From the IMG/VR virus record IMGVR_UViG_3300007276_000066, positions 1 to 52,666 of that record: a DNA stretch of 52,666 nucleotides; one strand, 5' to 3'. Below, one piece after another: positions 17,894 through 25,525 of this stretch. This stretch comes from a virus (lineage: Duplodnaviria > Caudoviricetes). The notes under the pieces were generated by a model. That model searched no databases. It was not told the DNA's origin and saw only the letters and a program-made list of their open reading frames with translations. Within the stretch, counting starts at the first letter, position 1, and each line of letters starts with the position of its first letter. The translations under genes and the position numbers were made by a program.

Positions 17894-17944
17894 TGGCGTC
17901 CCCAAGGGGATTCGAACCCCTGTTACCGCCGTGAAAGGGCGGTG
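17894..17944 (-). other. attP core: 3' 51 nt of tRNA-Glu(TTC)
   Basis: Minus strand CACCGCCC-TTTCAC-GGCGGTAACAGGGGTTCGAATCCCCTTGGGGACGCCA: anticodon arm, T arm and CCA, with no 5' acceptor strand or D arm. Confidence 0.92.
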
Positions 17945-18091
17945 CGTAACACTTAAGTCATTGTTTTTATTATCTTATTTTGATTTAGTCCGCTATGATG
18001 GGCTATCTCTTTCTATAAAGGTAAGTCTAGCTTGCATTAGATGTTAGTTTAGATTACTATAACATTCTATCAACTAACCCAAAGGACTCAC

Positions 18092-18541
18092 ATGAAAAAA
18101 CTAATAATCGCCGCCACTTTAACCATTATGGCCTCATGCTCAGCACAACCAGCTTTCGCGCTTAAATTGAGCCCCGAGCAAACAGACACGTTCTTGGGTG
18201 GGATCTCAGAAACTACCGTCACCGCGAAGGGTGATCAAACATACCAAATAACATTCAAGGCCAAGCTTGTTTCGAATCAAACTGAATCGATGAGCGTCCT
18301 AGTGGGGAGCGGCAAGTCAGCACAGGAGATTACGGTCACGCCTTATATACAATATTACTCTGTGACCGTTGGCACTCCTCCTGAGGATAGCTACGTTTAT
18401 ATCAGGGCTTTTAGAGGCGAGGCCGAATTGTTCTTGCTGGAAGGAGATACGATTTATTCATACAGTAATGCAGATGTAGACCACACAATCATTATACGGA
18501 ACCTTAACGTGACGGAGGTTTCTGAAAAACGGTGTCCATAA
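18092..18541 (+). CDS. exported protein with signal peptide
   Basis: MKKLIIAATLTIMASCSAQPAFA; AAGGA ribosome-binding site; operator-like site at 18021-18035. Confidence 0.75.
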   Translation: MKKLIIAATLTIMASCSAQPAFALKLSPEQTDTFLGGISETTVTAKGDQTYQITFKAKLVSNQTESMSVLVGSGKSAQEITVTPYIQYYSVTVGTPPEDSYVYIRAFRGEAELFLLEGDTIYSYSNADVDHTIIIRNLNVTEVSEKRCP

Positions 18542-18574
18542 CCCAGAACCATACCAGCCATGAGAACAAAGCAT

Positions 18575-18603
18575 TGGACTGGCAGTAAGCAATACTTACA
18601 ATG
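18575..18603 (+). promoter_or_regulatory. promoter with perfect GTAAG-N5-CTTAC site
   Basis: TTGGAC-N17-TACAAT; palindrome at 18585-18599. Confidence 0.65.
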
Positions 18604-18979
18604 CTTGATCCTTCAACTTACCGGATCAATTTCATGGAAACCTCAGAAGATTGGGCCAGCGCAGCATTGTTTTTGCTTGCTGTCCTAGCCGTAGCTTACG
18701 CTGGGTCGATTTAACCCGCTTAATACAGCCTATAGTGGTGTTATAGCGGGATATCTCGACTTGGCAATACCAATGGTAGCCTAAAGCATGTCACCCCCCG
18801 TATGGCATGCTTTTATTTTGCATTAACTGTTGACAGGTTGAAGGCGATATGAGACACTCTCTTTGTTGAAACAAAACAGCCATGAACAACGGCAACTATC
18901 CGGACATGGGTCAGATCAAATACAACCCAACACTAAGAACCATTGAGCACGGAAGTGACACTAAATTTTTGGAGAAAGC

Positions 18980-19207
18980 ATGAAGGCGGAAAATAATAAT
19001 ATGGTTAAGCAAAAAACTAGGCACGGATATAATTACTCTCAGCTACTTAACGAGGCCAAGCCTGTTCAAACGATAGGAGGGCGGTGGAAGAGCATCGTAT
19101 CGATACGCCAAGGCAGATACACTGAAGAATGGAATCTGGTCACCGCCGATGGTGGGCTAATCCTTAGCCAGTCCTTAAGTGATGTAACAATATTCATTAC
19201 TCAATAA
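18980..19207 (+). CDS. hypothetical protein
   Basis: 75-aa ORF with GGAG ribosome-binding site, downstream of the TTGACAGGTTGAA promoter at about 18830. Confidence 0.6.
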   Translation: MKAENNNMVKQKTRHGYNYSQLLNEAKPVQTIGGRWKSIVSIRQGRYTEEWNLVTADGGLILSQSLSDVTIFITQ

Positions 19208-19214
19208 ATCAATT

Positions 19215-19269
19215 AATTGTTGACAGGTTGAAGGGAATGTGGGAGAATAAGTTGTGGTTGCAATAAAGC
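19215..19269 (+). repeat. 55-bp exact promoter repeat, copy 1
   Basis: Identical to 19597-19651; contains TTGACA-N17-GAGAAT. Confidence 0.92.
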
Positions 19270-19294
19270 GATCTCAAAAAAACGGTGAAACAGA

Positions 19295-19570
19295 ATGAGT
19301 AATTACAAACCAGCATCAGCGACAATCGACAGGCATCCACTTGTCCACTCAGTCCACTTCCATGAGACCTACCTTATTGACGGCGGAAGTCGAGGTTATG
19401 ACGACTACAAGTACGAGGTGCTTTTAAAGAAGGGCTTTAATTACGAGGGTGCTCACTCAAAAAACTTTTTGAATGTTTCTGATTTTTTGAAACATTCCCC
19501 ATCCATCAAAAGATGCACCGCCGAAACCTGCGAATGTGATGGGAGTGGCGTTGATTGGGGTGAGTTGTAA
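19295..19570 (+). CDS. hypothetical protein
   Basis: 91-aa ORF with AACGGTGAA ribosome-binding site, between the two 55-bp repeats. Confidence 0.75.
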   Translation: MSNYKPASATIDRHPLVHSVHFHETYLIDGGSRGYDDYKYEVLLKKGFNYEGAHSKNFLNVSDFLKHSPSIKRCTAETCECDGSGVDWGEL

Positions 19571-19596
19571 TGGCAACCAAACTAATATTTTGCATC

Positions 19597-19651
19597 AATT
19601 GTTGACAGGTTGAAGGGAATGTGGGAGAATAAGTTGTGGTTGCAATAAAGC
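19597..19651 (+). repeat. 55-bp exact promoter repeat, copy 2
   Basis: Identical to 19215-19269. Confidence 0.92.
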
Positions 19652-19677
19652 AGTTACGAACAAAACGGTGAAATAAA

Positions 19678-20037
19678 ATGAGACAGATTACATTAGAAGT
19701 TCCTTCTTCAAAGCATCACCTAGCAATTCATCGAGTCGATCTGCCAGATCACGCTCGAGTTGAGCATGGAATATCAAGACCCGTAACAGACTGGTTATCA
19801 GTCGAGCTTTCGCACAAACCAGCCGAGCCACTTTTCTGGATCGGCAAGACCGATGCCAGCGATAAGGAATGGCTTATTTGGTACATGGTGTCAGAAAATA
19901 AACCGCTTAAAATGCACGATAGTTTTGGCAAGAACCAAAAGGAAGCAATTCAGATCGGCTTTCGGGATGCGGCAGAATATTTGTCAGATAAATGGAATGC
20001 TCGTGAAACCACTACATTAACGGACGAAACAAAATGA
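19678..20037 (+). CDS. hypothetical protein
   Basis: 119-aa ORF with AACGGTGAA ribosome-binding site. Confidence 0.75.
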   Translation: MRQITLEVPSSKHHLAIHRVDLPDHARVEHGISRPVTDWLSVELSHKPAEPLFWIGKTDASDKEWLIWYMVSENKPLKMHDSFGKNQKEAIQIGFRDAAEYLSDKWNARETTTLTDETK

Positions 20038-20222
20038 AAGCACATATTATGAGAGTGATTAGGGAGTCCGCTGGGGCTTGCTCAATGGGGTTTGTTTCTC
20101 TGCGGCTCAAGGTTGAGGATGAGGATATTGCGAAAGATATGGTGGAGCTTATTAGGTCTGGAAAGCTTGTTGAATGCCCAACCGTTGAGTGCGCTTACGG
20201 CCTACCTGAGTGGTACAAGTGA
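20034..20222 (+). CDS. small winged-helix-like hypothetical protein
   Basis: 62-aa ORF with ATGA overlap. Confidence 0.6.
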   Translation: MKAHIMRVIRESAGACSMGFVSLRLKVEDEDIAKDMVELIRSGKLVECPTVECAYGLPEWYK

Positions 20223-20416
20223 TGATTAAGAACGATAGTGAATATTATGAAATTGAAAAAGTGGATCATCCGCAGCAGTCAACTGGTCTGCCAAACTCAC
20301 ATAAATGGACGCTTTACAAAATAATTGACGGAGTGCCGCATTTGGTTCACGGGTTTCGCCTTAAGCGAGACGCCGTTGCCTACATAAACAAAATGGAGGG
20401 AGATAGAAATGTCTAA
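20222..20416 (+). CDS. hypothetical protein
   Basis: Start refined to ATG 20222 (TGATG overlap). Confidence 0.6.
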   Translation: MIKNDSEYYEIEKVDHPQQSTGLPNSHKWTLYKIIDGVPHLVHGFRLKRDAVAYINKMEGDRNV

Positions 20417-20594
20417 GCAATCAGAGGCCGAGCGTAGAGAATACCTGCGGATCGCTAAACAGAAATCCAGAGCCAAGCTTCGTGCTGAGCGTGGTGAGCC
20501 CGAACCTGATTACCGCACTCCGGAGCAACACAGGGAGAGGCAGGCTAAACTATATAGGGCTAGGCTGGCCAAGAAAGTGCAGGAAGCCGGCTAG
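20409..20594 (+). CDS. small basic (Arg-rich) protein
   Basis: 61-aa ORF with GGAGG ribosome-binding site. Confidence 0.6.
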   Translation: MSKQSEAERREYLRIAKQKSRAKLRAERGEPEPDYRTPEQHRERQAKLYRARLAKKVQEAG

Positions 20595-20639
20595 ACGAGT
20601 ATTAAAGTTATCAACTCAATTAAATTACGGTGAAATCAA

Positions 20640-20879
20640 TTGAAACAATACAAAGAACATTACATCATGCTCGATAGTACAACAGACACTTGGGCGGTCA
20701 TGAATAAGAGCATGCTGCTGGTTAACGCAGATTTCGAAACTGAAGGTCAGGCTATGGGGTGGGTTAACACTAAGATGGGTGGTGAAGAGTTGCCCAGCAT
20801 TGATATCCAGAAATCGTGTCCGGTGGTCAACGGAAGCGTTGATAATGCGAGAAATGAGATTCGAAGGTTGTTGCAATGA
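20640..20879 (+). CDS. hypothetical protein
   Basis: TTG start after ACGGTGAA ribosome-binding site. Confidence 0.65.
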   Translation: MKQYKEHYIMLDSTTDTWAVMNKSMLLVNADFETEGQAMGWVNTKMGGEELPSIDIQKSCPVVNGSVDNARNEIRRLLQ

Positions 20880-21220
20880 GTCCTGAAATTAAATTTAGAC
20901 AAAAGATGCTCAAGCCGGTCCGCGGAAACACCATGAATGATAAGTATACGCTGGTTAAGTGTGTCGCTGAGATACGCAGGAACTCGACAGGTGAGGTGCG
21001 TCTTTACAGAACAGATGAGCCGATATTTGAAGGTGACGCTGAGATATATACATTCAACTGGTCTGACAACAACAACTCTTGTGACTGCAATAGGCGCATT
21101 TTCTTTAACAGCGTGGCCGACATTGAGACGCCTTTTGGCGAAGAGTGCTCAGACGGCCTTTACTCAGTAAATCTCTATACTGCCAGTGATGGTAATTACT
21201 ACTACCGAGAGTTTGAGTGA
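20876..21220 (+). CDS. conserved phage hypothetical protein (W-x5-SCDCNR motif)
   Basis: Last plus-strand gene; converges on the late operon. Confidence 0.7.
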   Translation: MSPEIKFRQKMLKPVRGNTMNDKYTLVKCVAEIRRNSTGEVRLYRTDEPIFEGDAEIYTFNWSDNNNSCDCNRRIFFNSVADIETPFGEECSDGLYSVNLYTASDGNYYYREFE

Positions 21221-21222
21221 GG

Positions 21223-22764
21223 TTACGGATAGTCCGCTAAAGTCTTACCATTAATATGATTGATTAGTGCTCGTTTGCCGTTCGGGAAGACGAGACAATC
21301 AGTCAGCATCCATGTGCTGTATCCCTGAGCGTACTCCATTAAATCAGTGCTTGTACCCATCTGCCAGCACCCCTTCTCAATACAGGGTGTATGGCTGTGA
21401 CCGATGATAGTTTTGCTCTGAGTCTTAGCTAATCCTTTCGCGCTCCCTCTGCTGCCGTTCTGACCCTTATCACCATGCTGTGATATGTCTATTCCGTGAA
21501 GTGTGTGGCGACTGTTGCGGCTTAAAAACTTGTGGCTAGCATTGCATCCCCATTCACCGAAACACACCTCTAATGCGCTTAGAGACGTTCCCAGCATTTT
21601 ATAACTAAGCCAGCCGTGAAACTTTATGTTGTATGGATCTTCTTTTGGGTTGAATCTCATCCACCATTGGTCGAGGTGGTCATTATGATTGCTTCCGACG
21701 ATAAGGTTTTCAGTGTCTTTTCCCAACCGCTCAATGTAATCGATTGATAACCGCACCTCTTTTTCAACACTTACCTTGCCAAGTAATGCTTGCTCAGCCC
21801 TTTCTCTCAGCGTTGAGTGATGGCTTCCTATTTCTTGATTGTGTAAATCGTGCCAAACCTGCGTCTCAGGATTAACCCTATCTATCAACCTTAACTTGCT
21901 CTTGGTGATCTTGGGTATCTCATGACTAACATGCGAATCCCCATGAACGATATCTGCCTGACCATCCGACTTACCATCCTCTGTCCAGTATTCATCCAGA
22001 AAGTGAAAGCCGTCACCATCCCAACCTAATTGAGTGTGATGGAATAGATCCCCGACCCGCTTTATGTATACGGCGTAAACGGTATGATAAAAGTTAGCCT
22101 TGCCTCCAACGTCAGACGAGGTGTATTGAGACCTATTGCATGATCCAGTAGTCATCATCACCTTGGGCATTTCGTCCTTTGGTGTGCCTACCAGCTCCAT
22201 TGCCAGTTGAGGGTGTCCATACACGACACTCTTGTGTCCGCCTAGAGCCTGCTTGCCCGATAACGGATTAACGCTAGTTGCATTGAGACGAACAGCACTA
22301 ACCATCAAGTTCTTGCCTAAGCTAAGATCTTCGGTGAGCGCGTAAGGGTAAATTGCACTGTCCCAGAAGTAACCTTTAGTCGTGTGCATTGCGTTCGGAT
22401 TCTGGTACCGAACAGGAATTACCAGAAGCTGACCATTCCTAGCTTCAATGAACTTCTTGAGAGCGGCTAAGAACGGTTTAATGACCGGAGAATTGTTAGT
22501 CAAGGAGGTGATAACAAAATCCTTACACTTCCTTGCCTCTCTAATGTCTAGCGATGACGGACATTCAATATTCTTATGTGTTGAATACTTATCGTTATGT
22601 GCCGCCAGCTCGATGCCAAGAAGATCCTCAGTCCAGCGCCGGTTCCTTCTCATAGTTCGCTCATCACCGGCAGGTATCCCAGCCTTTTTATGAGCGTCCT
22701 TTAACGAGGATGATTCGTCCCACGCGCCAGCTAATAAGTTGGCTCTTTTTAGCGATATTCCCAT
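21223..22764 (-). CDS. calcineurin-like metallophosphoesterase, T5 A1-like
   Basis: GDSH, HDL, GSNHND, HGD and GHSH motifs in order, plus GHPQL, TTGS and NGKR segments; N-terminal HTH-like region. Confidence 0.65.
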   Translation of the reverse strand: MGISLKRANLLAGAWDESSSLKDAHKKAGIPAGDERTMRRNRRWTEDLLGIELAAHNDKYSTHKNIECPSSLDIREARKCKDFVITSLTNNSPVIKPFLAALKKFIEARNGQLLVIPVRYQNPNAMHTTKGYFWDSAIYPYALTEDLSLGKNLMVSAVRLNATSVNPLSGKQALGGHKSVVYGHPQLAMELVGTPKDEMPKVMMTTGSCNRSQYTSSDVGGKANFYHTVYAVYIKRVGDLFHHTQLGWDGDGFHFLDEYWTEDGKSDGQADIVHGDSHVSHEIPKITKSKLRLIDRVNPETQVWHDLHNQEIGSHHSTLRERAEQALLGKVSVEKEVRLSIDYIERLGKDTENLIVGSNHNDHLDQWWMRFNPKEDPYNIKFHGWLSYKMLGTSLSALEVCFGEWGCNASHKFLSRNSRHTLHGIDISQHGDKGQNGSRGSAKGLAKTQSKTIIGHSHTPCIEKGCWQMGTSTDLMEYAQGYSTWMLTDCLVFPNGKRALINHINGKTLADYP

Positions 22765-22773
22765 TCAGGTATA

Positions 22774-22788
22774 GTAAGTAAAACTTAC
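22774..22788. promoter_or_regulatory. perfect GTAAG-N5-CTTAC palindrome
   Basis: GTAAGTAAAACTTAC in the 47-bp gap before the A1-like gene. Confidence 0.75.
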
Positions 22789-22811
22789 CTTAAAGCCTGC
22801 ACGAAATTGCA

Positions 22812-24254
22812 CTACGCTGTATGCCAAGCTATATTGGTTCGCTCTCTGGACTGCCCCTTAGCGTTCCATTGACCGTCTCTTGCATTAGTGCAAGACATTA
22901 TTCCAATCGGGTCGCCATCGAGAACCCAAGGTATGCTGGATGCTCCTTTAGGCCGGCTCCTTTCTCCGCGAAGGCTGTACTCAATAGGCCAGACGTACCA
23001 CTGAGACTTGGATCGCTTATAACTGACAAAACAATCATTGCCGTCAATATATCTGCCTGCCTGATATTCCTTGCTACGCTTCCATACGCCGTCCTTAGTG
23101 TGATCTGAGATATAAGACCTTTCCCCAATAGTAGAGAATGTGATACGCCCTGATTGATTAAAATCCATGACGTTTGTGCCAGTGCCGTATGGTTTGGCTG
23201 TGGCAGGATTAAAGGTGGAGCGATCAATAGGCGTTCGATCAACCTCTGGTGGGGGAGGTGGAACCGAATAATCAATATTATCCACCGCACCCATTTCAAT
23301 TCTGTTTTGAAGGATGTCGAGACCATGCTGAATTGCCGACATGATTGCACCAGCGTCATGCCATCTTATCCCGCAATACTCAGCCATTGCCAGAACGTCA
23401 GCGATCCTTAATGATCCGGTGTTGCCATTAATTCCTGCGTTGTATTTCCGGTTGTTGGCCAGCACATGATTACTGTTGGCAATGTCCCAAGCCTTAAAGA
23501 CCCTGTTACGCTCAATGAAAGCGCCGGTGTCTTGAAATGACGCAGGAAGGTTCTTGCGTTTGATAAGATGATAATAATCAGGCTTCTCTATTTCAGTAAT
23601 TCGACCCGAAAGTTTTTGCGCGACATATCTTGCTGTCTCCTCCATCCACTCTCTTTTATAATGAGGCATTGATTCTGAGCCTTCAGCATTCCAAGTGTTT
23701 CGCATCAACGCAAACAGGGTGATGTTCCAGTGATGACAGTCTGGGTGATTTAAAGCCCACGCTAGATCTCCAGCGGGACCCCCCATAATAACTGTGAGCT
23801 TGCCTTTCTGGGACTCCTCAACAATCTTAATACCCAGCTCCGATTCGCCATCGCTGTATTCGCTATTGCCTTGATAGACCGGAACATTGAGTGCGGTGGC
23901 TTTCATTATCTTAACAGTCTCGGCCTTATCAACACCGTTCTTTGTGCATGTTACGCCAATGAATTTTGGCTTTTTGCCAAGCTTAGAGACCCCCATCGCT
24001 AAAACGGCAAGAAGATCCTGAGGAGCGTTAGTGTCGCCGCCCTTTTGACTATTAAGATCCAATACTAAATCATCTAGATATATCCAATGGCCCTCTGACA
24101 TATCCGGAATTGAGCTGATAGGAGAATCTTCGTTTTTAACTGCAGCGTCCATATTGAACTTTTTACGCTCAAAGCGATCCTTGGCCCACCCAACCACTTC
24201 CCCCAAAAATAAAGCAGCTACCACCAATATAATTATTTCCAAAATTCCCACCAC
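22812..24254 (-). CDS. membrane-anchored protein with nucleoside-hydrolase-like domain
   Basis: N-terminal transmembrane helix; PVYQG and LTVIMGGPAGDLAWAL resemble IU-NH/DUF1593; PPPPP linker; Trp-rich C-terminal domain. Confidence 0.5.
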   Translation of the reverse strand: MVGILEIIILVVAALFLGEVVGWAKDRFERKKFNMDAAVKNEDSPISSIPDMSEGHWIYLDDLVLDLNSQKGGDTNAPQDLLAVLAMGVSKLGKKPKFIGVTCTKNGVDKAETVKIMKATALNVPVYQGNSEYSDGESELGIKIVEESQKGKLTVIMGGPAGDLAWALNHPDCHHWNITLFALMRNTWNAEGSESMPHYKREWMEETARYVAQKLSGRITEIEKPDYYHLIKRKNLPASFQDTGAFIERNRVFKAWDIANSNHVLANNRKYNAGINGNTGSLRIADVLAMAEYCGIRWHDAGAIMSAIQHGLDILQNRIEMGAVDNIDYSVPPPPPEVDRTPIDRSTFNPATAKPYGTGTNVMDFNQSGRITFSTIGERSYISDHTKDGVWKRSKEYQAGRYIDGNDCFVSYKRSKSQWYVWPIEYSLRGERSRPKGASSIPWVLDGDPIGIMSCTNARDGQWNAKGQSRERTNIAWHTA

Positions 24255-24514
24255 TTACTGTTTATTTGTTTATGTGCTATTTCAAGCCTGCCTAGATCGT
24301 CATAGCAAGCGTTTCTCTCTTTTCTCAAGCCGACCATGATTCGCCAGTAATCCTCTGCTTTCGGATCACTTGGGAGAACGTAGTCAACCCTTGGCAGATT
24401 GGGTCTGAAGTCCAAGCTTTGTGTTTTTGGGGCGCATCCTGTACTAATTAGAGCTATTCCAATAATCAACAAAACTCTTAACGCTGCCGTCTTCAATCGA
24501 ATTTTTAATCGCAT
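24233..24514 (-). CDS. o-spanin-like lipoprotein (Rz1-like)
   Basis: Lipobox-like LISTGC after a hydrophobic stretch; overlaps the i-spanin gene. Confidence 0.65.
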   Translation of the reverse strand: MRLKIRLKTAALRVLLIIGIALISTGCAPKTQSLDFRPNLPRVDYVLPSDPKAEDYWRIMVGLRKERNACYDDLGRLEIAHKQINSKWWEFWK

Positions 24515-24725
24515 TCTCTGCCTCCCTATCTTCCTTGATGTACTGCTCTCTTGATTCTGTTTTGGCGTTCGCTTGGTTCTCCAAAGCTTCTATAGTTGTA
24601 TTCAATTCAGCCGTGATAGCTAACCTTTGCCAATACCCGTATCCCCCGACTATAGCTATACTTAATAGAGCTACAGCCGCCATTTGCGCCAACCGATTGG
24701 CGAGAATCTGCTTTATAATGTTCAT
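24444..24725 (-). CDS. i-spanin-like protein (Rz-like)
   Basis: N-terminal transmembrane helix plus coiled coil, directly after the endolysin. Confidence 0.65.
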   Translation of the reverse strand: MNIIKQILANRLAQMAAVALLSIAIVGGYGYWQRLAITAELNTTIEALENQANAKTESREQYIKEDREAENAIKNSIEDGSVKSFVDYWNSSN

Positions 24726-25171
24726 GATTTTGGAACCTCTGTAATCTTTAATTTAAACTCGTCATAAACTTTCATTTCAGTCCAGAACTCTCTAAATGCT
24801 TGGCCCGAAGTCACCCCGCGTAGCTGGTCGTGGTCTGCGCCAATCATGTCGTTTATCAGAATGCAACCCTCAGTGTTTCGCTCAAAGTTCCCTATATGAA
24901 ATAGAATGTAAGTTCGGCCATCGACACCTGTAACCTCAAAGGTCATGTACCCCTTCTCGTTGTACATTCTTTTTCGGCAAATATATTCACCAGATGGAAT
25001 GCAGCTAACATTCTCGGAGTTTCCCCTCCAAGGCAGTTCAATTGTGAATAGCTTATTCTGGGAAGGTAGGGTCAATAGACCAACAGTTACACCATCCTCA
25101 AGAATGCGCTGCAATGAGACCACCGGAACTTCCTTGAATTTTTTTAGCATCCTTGCCATCAAATCTTTCAT
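24722..25171 (-). CDS. DUF5675-family putative endolysin
   Basis: TIELPW...SCIPSGEY...R..ILFHIGN...TEGCIL; lies upstream of the spanins. Confidence 0.75.
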   Translation of the reverse strand: MKDLMARMLKKFKEVPVVSLQRILEDGVTVGLLTLPSQNKLFTIELPWRGNSENVSCIPSGEYICRKRMYNEKGYMTFEVTGVDGRTYILFHIGNFERNTEGCILINDMIGADHDQLRGVTSGQAFREFWTEMKVYDEFKLKITEVPKS

Positions 25172-25185
25172 TCTAAATCAGCCTA
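25147..25185. repeat. 39-bp imperfect direct repeat, copy 1 (endolysin start)
   Basis: 35/39 identical to 26866-26904. Confidence 0.85.
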
Positions 25186-25219
25186 GGCGGACTCTTATTA
25201 GGAACCGTACACAAACTCA

Positions 25220-25522
25220 TTAAACGGTCGCATCCTCATCTATAACGCCTGATAGCTTGCCGTAAGCGATTGCTAAATCGGTAACTAAAGGCATTGCATC
25301 AGCGAACACGGCCCACTTGTCTTGTGGTAGATTTGGGGACGCGCCATTCATCATTTCTATCCACTCACCGTGTCTAACGGTAGAGTCAATTCTGTCTCCG
25401 TTTTCGTCGCGGTCATAAGCTGACGTTTTAATACGCATGTTTTCAACGTCAATCTCAAAGTGATAAACAAATTGAGAGTAAATGGTGGTTTGTATTACTT
25501 TTGGTGCTGGTAGATTTGCCAT
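25220..25522 (-). CDS. hypothetical protein, possible fibre-associated chaperone
   Basis: 100-aa ORF directly after the fibre-like gene. Confidence 0.6.
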   Translation of the reverse strand: MANLPAPKVIQTTIYSQFVYHFEIDVENMRIKTSAYDRDENGDRIDSTVRHGEWIEMMNGASPNLPQDKWAVFADAMPLVTDLAIAYGKLSGVIDEDATV

Positions 25523-25525
25523 GTT

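Noticed and set aside
17894-17944. Intact phage tRNA-Glu gene
   Set aside because: The 5' acceptor strand and D arm are missing; the position next to int indicates an attP core.
19215-19651. CRISPR or integron attC repeats
   Set aside because: The repeats are promoters (TTGACA-N17-GAGAAT), are not palindromic, and lack attC R/L boxes.
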